Positions 59,290-64,000 of a DNA stretch of 64,000 bases are shown in pieces. Each line of letters starts with the position of its first letter. The stretch's first letter is position 1. The DNA is from Mobula hypostoma. Its lineage: Eukaryota. The position numbers and the translations under genes are program-made. Under the pieces are notes generated by a model. That model worked only from the letters and a program-made list of their open reading frames with translations, did not search any database and was not told where the DNA came from. The stretch spans positions 97,900,001-97,964,000 of the forward strand of contig NC_086108.1 in assembly GCF_963921235.1 (NCBI RefSeq), in the 5' to 3' direction.

Positions 59290-61380
59290 ACTTGAAGCAG
59301 TGGTCACCAGTGATCTAAAGGCTTTCCTCAACCACAAAAAGAGAGCCTTTAGATTGGGAGGCAGAGGAATTGAAACTTGCAGAGGGAGCTAAAGCAGGAG
59401 ATCAAGGTGGCTAAAGAGAAATACAGGAGAGAGCTGGAGAACAAACTTGGGCAGAGTAGTGCAAGGGTATTGTGGAGAGGCATGAAGGACATCACTGGCT
59501 TCAATCAGCCTGGCTCTAGAGCCTTGAAATGCAGCCATGAATGGAGTAATGAGTTAAACCAATTCCTCAGTAGGTTTGAAAATTGCCCTACTGTTCACAC
59601 CTCCCCCCAGCACACCAGCCCAGGTGCTGAGGCACCCAGTACTTCCTCAGCACCAATACCTCCCCTCCTCCCTACTCCCCCCTCATGGATAACACGTGGA
59701 TAAACACCACAGGCTACCACTCTCTACACCGTCTCCTTCCCCTACATCTACTATCCACACCTCCACTTACCAACTGCTATCATCCCGATCTTCACCTCCC
59801 CCAGTCCCCACCTTCCACCAGCTGCCCAGTTATCATGGACTTGCCTTCACTGCTGAGCAGGTGGGAAGGGCTCTGGGGAAACTCAGACATGGCAAAGCAT
59901 TGGGACCGGATGGTGTGAACCCCAAGGTCCTGACGGAGTGTGCTGAGCAGTTGTGTGGAGTTCTCCAGGGCCTTTTCAATCTGAGCCTCAGCCTGGAAAG
60001 TGTCCCGACTGGATGGAAAACCACAATCATATTTGGTCCTAGTACCCAAGAAGGGCTGACAAAAGTCTTGAATGACTACAGTCTAGTGGCCCTGACCTCA
60101 CACATCATGAAGACCCCAGAGAGGTGGGTCTGGTTCAACTCCGACCCCTGGTCAGATCAGCCCTCGATCCCCTGCAGTTTGCCTACATTGGAGTCGATGA
60201 TGCTGTCGTCCATCTGCTGAACAGAGCCTACTCCCATCTGGATAAGCAGGGCAGCACTGTGAGGATCATGTTCTTGGATTTCTCAAGTGCCTTCAATACC
60301 ATACAGCCCTCATTGCTGGGGAGAAGCTCTGTTCAATGCAGGTTGGCACTTCTATTGTATCCTGGATAACGGACGATCTGAATAGCAGATCACAGCTTGT
60401 GCAATTTCAGAGCAGTGCCAGACATGGCTATAAGTAGCACTGGGACCCCACAGGGAACTGTATTGGCTCCCTTCCTGTTTACCCTGTATACCTCGGACTT
60501 TAAAAACAACACTGAGTCATGTCATCTGCAGAAATTCTCTGATGACTCAGCAATACTTGGGTGAATGAAGGGAGGACAGGTGGATGAGTACAGGGCCTAG
60601 TGGAGGACTTTGTCAAATGGTGTAAACCGAATCATCTGCAGCTCAACATCAGTAAGACAAAGGAGATGGTGATAGATTTTAGGGAGATCAAGCCTGCACT
60701 GCTCCCTATTGCTATTGATGGTGAGGATGTGGATGTGATGAGGACCTACAAGAACCTGGGGCTCCACCTGGATGACAGAGTAGAGCATCAACACAGAGGC
60801 TGTATAGAAGAAGAGCCAGAGTCACCTCGACTTCCTGAGGAGACTGAGGTCCTCTGGAGTACGCAGTCCTCTCCTTCACATGTTCTACCAGTCTGTTTTC
60901 ACCAATACGATCTCCTATGTGATGGTTTGCTGGGGTAATGATTTCAACACAGGTGATGCCAACAGGCTCAGTAAACTGATTAGAAAGGCTGGCTCTGTTA
61001 TAGGAGTTGAACTGGACACACTGGAGGCTGTGGTAGAACAAAGGAACCTGCAGAAAATCCTGGCAATTCCGGACAATGTTTTTCACCCTCTGCATGTCAC
61101 CTTGGCTAAACAGAGGAGCACTTTTAGTAATAGACTAAGATAACTGTGCTGCTCCAAAGAGCGCTATATGAGGTCTTTCTTACCCTCAGCCATTAGGCTC
61201 TATAATGAGTCAGCCTACATCCGAGGAAACGATGACTCCCTCCTGTAAGACTGTTTGAGGTAACTTAGTTTTTATTCTTTCTACTTCTCTTCTAATATTT
61301 ATATATCTGTGCACTTGTAATGCTATTGTGACACTGTAATTTCCTTTGGGATCAATAAAGTGTCGACCTAGCTATCTATC
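59290..61380 (+). mobile_element. Rex1/Babar LINE, 5'-truncated, frameshifted RT
   Basis: ORFs 59377-59703, 59696-60220 (KALGPDGV..LNDYSLVALTSHIMK), 60124-60369 (LDPLQFAY..FLDFSSAFNTI), 60600-60938 and 60880-61143; AATAAAG followed by a CTAT tail. Confidence 0.9.
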
Positions 61381-61391
61381 TTTTAAAAGTT

Positions 61392-62999
61392 TGCAAATGT
61401 TTGGGCACCACTGGTCAAAATTTCTGTTACTGTGAATAGTTAAGAGAGTAGAAGATGAACTGATCTCCAAAAGTCATAAAGTTGAAGATGAAACTTTCTT
61501 TTCAACATTTTAAGCAAGATTAGTGTATTTTTTTTTCTACAATTTTAGAGTGAAAAAAGGAAGGGAGCACCATGCAAAAGTTTGGGCACCCCAAGAGATT
61601 TGAGCTCTCAGGTAACTTTTACCAAGGTCTTAGACCTTAATTAGCTTGTTAGGGCTATGGCTTGTTCACCGTCATTAGGAAAGGCCAGGTGATGCAAATT
61701 TCAAAGCTTTATAAATACCCTGACTCCTCAAACCTTGTCCCAACAATCAGCAGCCATGGGCTCCTCTAAGCTGCTGCCTAGCACTCTGAAAATTAAAATA
61801 AATAAATGATTCCCACAAAGCAGGTGAAGGCTATGAGAAAATAGCAAAGCATTTCCAGGTAGCCATTTCCTCAGTTCGTAATGTAATTAAGAAATGGCAG
61901 TTAACAGGAACGGTGGTGGTCAAGTTGAGGTCTGGAAGACCAAGAAAACTTTCCAAGAGAACTGCTCGTAGGATTGCTAGAAAGGCAAATCAAAACCCAC
62001 CTTTGACTCAAAAGACCTTCAGGAAGATTTAGTAGACTCTGGAGTGGTGATGCACTGTTCTACTGTGCAGTGACACCTGCACAAGTATGACCTTCATGGA
62101 AGAGTCATTAGAAGAAAACCTTTCCTGCGTCCTCACCACAAAATTCAGCGTCAGAAGTTTGCAAAGGAACATCTAAACAAGCCTGATGCATTTTGGAAAC
62201 AAGTCCTGTGGACAGATGAAGTTAAAATAGAACTTTTTCGCCGCAATGGGCAAAGGTATGTTTGGAGATAAAAAGGTGCAGAATTTCATGAAAAGAACCC
62301 CTCTCCAGCTGTTAAGCACGAGGGTGGATCAATCATGCTTCGGGCTTGTGTTGTAGCCAGTGGCACAGGGAACATTTCACTGGTTGAGGGAAGAATGAAT
62401 TCAATTAAATACCAGCAAATTCTGGAAGCAAACATCACACAGTCTGTAAAAAAGCTGAAGTTGAAAAGAGGATGGCTTCTACAACAGGATAATGATCCTA
62501 AACACACCTTAAAATCCACAATGGACTACCTCAAGAGGTGCAAGCTGAAGGTTTTGCCATGGCCCTCACAGTCCTCCGACCTAAACATCATCAAAAATCT
62601 GTGGATCAACCTCAAAAGAGCAGTGAATACAAGATGGCCCAAGAATCTCACTGAACTAGAAGCCTTTTGCAAGAAAGAATGGGCGAAAATCGCCCAAACA
62701 AGAATTGAAAGACGCTTAGCTGGCTACAGAAAGTGTTTACAAGCTGTGATACTTGCCAAAGGGGGTGTTACTATGTACTGACCATGCAGGGTGCCCAAAC
62801 TTTTGCTTTCGGCCCTTTTCCTTTTTTGTTATTTTGAAACGTAAAAGATGGAAATAAAAAAGTAATCTTGCTTAAAATACTAAAGAAATGTGTCATCTTT
62901 AACTTTATGCCTTTTGGAAATCAGGTCATCTTTTACTCGCTTAGCCATTCACAGTAATAGAAAGTTTGACCGGGGTGCCCAAACTTTTGCATGCCACTG
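61392..62999 (+). mobile_element. Near-complete Tc1 (IR/DR type) transposon, inactive
   Basis: Inverted repeats of about 200 bp with direct repeats TGCAAAAGTTTGGGCACC (61392 imperfect, 61572; inverted at about 62790 and 62975). Right end ..GCATGCCACTG followed by TA. Left terminal bases are lost. Confidence 0.92.
61756..62781 (+). pseudogene. Tc1 DD34E transposase pseudogene
   Basis: ATG 61756; early frameshift (AAAT expansion near 61800) and premature stops (62071, 62268). VLWTDE and QQDNDPKH are present; WPSQSSDLNIIKNLW has K where the catalytic E is expected. Confidence 0.9.
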
Positions 63000-63024
63000 T
63001 ACATCGATCTAGCTATCTATCTTG

Positions 63025-63450
63025 TGCGCGGTTCTAATCGTCTCATTATAGGAAGGATGTGGAAGCTTTCGAGAGGGTGGAGAGGAGATTTTTCAGAATG
63101 GTGCCTGGATTAGAAAGCATGTCATAAGAGGATAGCTTTTCTGTTTGGAGAGAAAGAGGGTAAGTGGTGTCTTGATAGAGGTGTTCAGATGATAAGAGGC
63201 ATAGATAGATTGGAGAGCCAAAGACCTTTTCCCAGGGTGGAAATGGCTAATATGAGGGGGCATAATTTTAAGGTATTTAGTGGAATGTATAGTGGAGTAT
63301 CAGAGGTAGGTGTTAACTTGGAAAGTGGTGGAGGTAGACACACTAGGGATATTTAAGATAGGCACATGGGTGAAAGAAAAATGGAGGACTATGCGGGAGG
63401 GGAGGGTTAGATTGATCTTGGAGTGGGTTAGAGGGTCAGCACAATATTGA
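63025..63450 (+). mobile_element. Old CR1 3' fragment
   Basis: TATAGGAAGGATGTGGAAGCTTTCGAGAGGGTGGAGAGGAGATTT.. corresponds to the RKDVEALERVQRRF region. Confidence 0.7.
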
Positions 63451-63921
63451 ACCCATGAACACTACCTCATTTTTATTACCTGTTTTTGCATTATTTTTAA
63501 TTTAACTATTTAATGTATCTATATTTACTGTAATTTATTTATTTCTATTTTATCATGTATTGCATTGTAATGCTGCCGCTAAATTTCATGACATATGCCA
63601 GTGATATTAAACCTGATCTGATTCTGACCTTGAGCTGTACAGTTCTATGTTCATTACTCTATGAACCCTCTACTCTTGCAGCTTAAGTCCCTGTATAGTC
63701 AGACTGCCACCAGTCAGGTTAATGACGACATAAATCTGCGGAAGTTTGTTAGAATGTTCAGTGACGTGCAAAAGCTCTGCAAACAGCTCCTAATTTTTTC
63801 TCCATAACAACTGCCACTCCTTAAACATAAGCGCAGCACAAAAACAGATCATTCGGCCCATCCTGTCTGTGCTGACCATCATGCCACTGCGACCACAAAA
63901 TAAAACAAATTTCATGACATA

Positions 63922-64000
63922 CAGTGCCTATAAAAATTATTCACCCACTTTGAAATTTTCATGTTTTATTGTTTTACAACATTGAATCACAGTGGATTTA
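63922..64000 (+). mobile_element. Terminus of another Tc1-like element running off the window
   Basis: TA followed by CAGTGCCTATAAAAATTATTCACCC, a typical Tc1 TIR start. Confidence 0.65.

Noticed and set aside
62335..62781. 148-aa ORF as a functional transposase
   Set aside because: Only the C-terminal part is open; there is an upstream frameshift and stops, and the catalytic Glu is replaced by Lys.

Overview
This is vertebrate non-coding DNA dominated by transposable elements. The repeat mix points to a cartilaginous fish, probably a ray (inference): CR1 LINEs, Rex1/Babar LINEs, Penelope-like elements, V-SINEs, DeuSINE/SacSINE1-like SINEs, RTE-derived SINEs and Tc1 transposons. No host protein-coding gene can be confidently identified. 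The only intact long ORFs belong to a young, slightly 5'-truncated CR1 LINE (4691-8659): ORF1 (zinc-finger remnant, coiled coil, SGNH esterase) and ORF2 (APE endonuclease plus reverse transcriptase, 999 codons). Most notable observations: (1) CR1 ORF2 has no AUG before its endonuclease domain, and ORF1 ends on a correctly phased -1 slippery heptamer T_TTA_AAC that leads into ORF2, suggesting programmed frameshifting; (2) Penelope termini carry minimal hammerhead ribozyme motifs and also occur as ~200-bp palindromic non-coding elements; (3) a SINE-like element carries a degenerate HDV-like ribozyme core; (4) several nested insertions have readable junctions; (5) a few repeat-poor islands look regulatory, including a CpG-rich candidate promoter/exon region at 17.0-18.4 kb and a TCF/Pbx-Hox/Meis motif cluster at 41.8 kb. 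Family names come from motif recognition by eye; no database search was run. Repeat boundaries are approximate unless junction bases are quoted.
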